Shown here: positions 63,890 through 64,000 of the stretch, one piece after another
Layout of the letters: the number at the start of each line of letters is the position of its first letter
Numbering within the stretch: position 1 is the first letter of the stretch
Program-made: the position numbers and the translations under genes
The notes under the pieces: model-generated
Told to the model about the DNA's origin: nothing
Seen by the model: only the letters and a program-made list of their open reading frames with translations
The model's database searches: none
Assembly: GCF_006345805.1 (NCBI RefSeq)
Contig: NC_043018.1
Coordinates: 19,592,001 to 19,656,000 of the forward strand
Direction: 5' to 3'
From: Octopus sinensis
Taxonomy: Eukaryota
Length of the DNA stretch: 64,000 nt

Positions 63890-64000
63890 TCATTTAGCAT
63901 CCGCTTCCCATGCTGCCTGGGTTAGACAGTTTGACTGGAACAGGGGGCACCGGAGGGCCGTACCAGGGGTCAGTTTGATTTTGGCCTGGTTTCTATGGCC
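63890..64000 (-). mobile_element. RTE 3' end (runs off window), tail continuous with a (CAT/CAC)n tract
   Basis: CATCATTTAGCATCCGCTTCCCATGC..GGTTTCTATGGC. Confidence 0.6.

Overview
This is AT-rich, repeat-dominated eukaryotic DNA. The SINE repertoire (tRNA-headed families, one resembling the octopus OR-type SINEs) and the very high microsatellite load suggest a cephalopod, probably Octopus; this is inference. No complete host gene can be modelled. Nearly all long ORFs in the supplied track are microsatellite artefacts, and only a few low-confidence candidate exons remain. Recognisable elements are several tRNA-derived SINE families, 3' ends of RTE- and R4/Dong-clade LINEs, mariner and maT/Tc1 remnants, Helitron/Helentron-like elements, a probable solo LTR and two Neptune-like Penelope (PLE) remnants. 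The main result is nine type I hammerhead ribozyme motifs in four sequence-distinct families, most with short self-complementary stem III. They occur (1) in a 364-nt terminally redundant retrozyme-like unit, with a second diverged copy showing stem I covariation; (2) in the 3' tail of a tRNA-headed SINE that at two loci is inserted as an inverted tail plus a full copy inside one target-site duplication, suggesting a PLE-mobilised, ribozyme-bearing SINE; (3) in the inverted terminal repeats of a GIY-YIG-encoding PLE; and (4) in a separate repeat about 100 nt from that PLE ribozyme. All structures were derived by manual base-pairing; no folding, database search or activity test was run.
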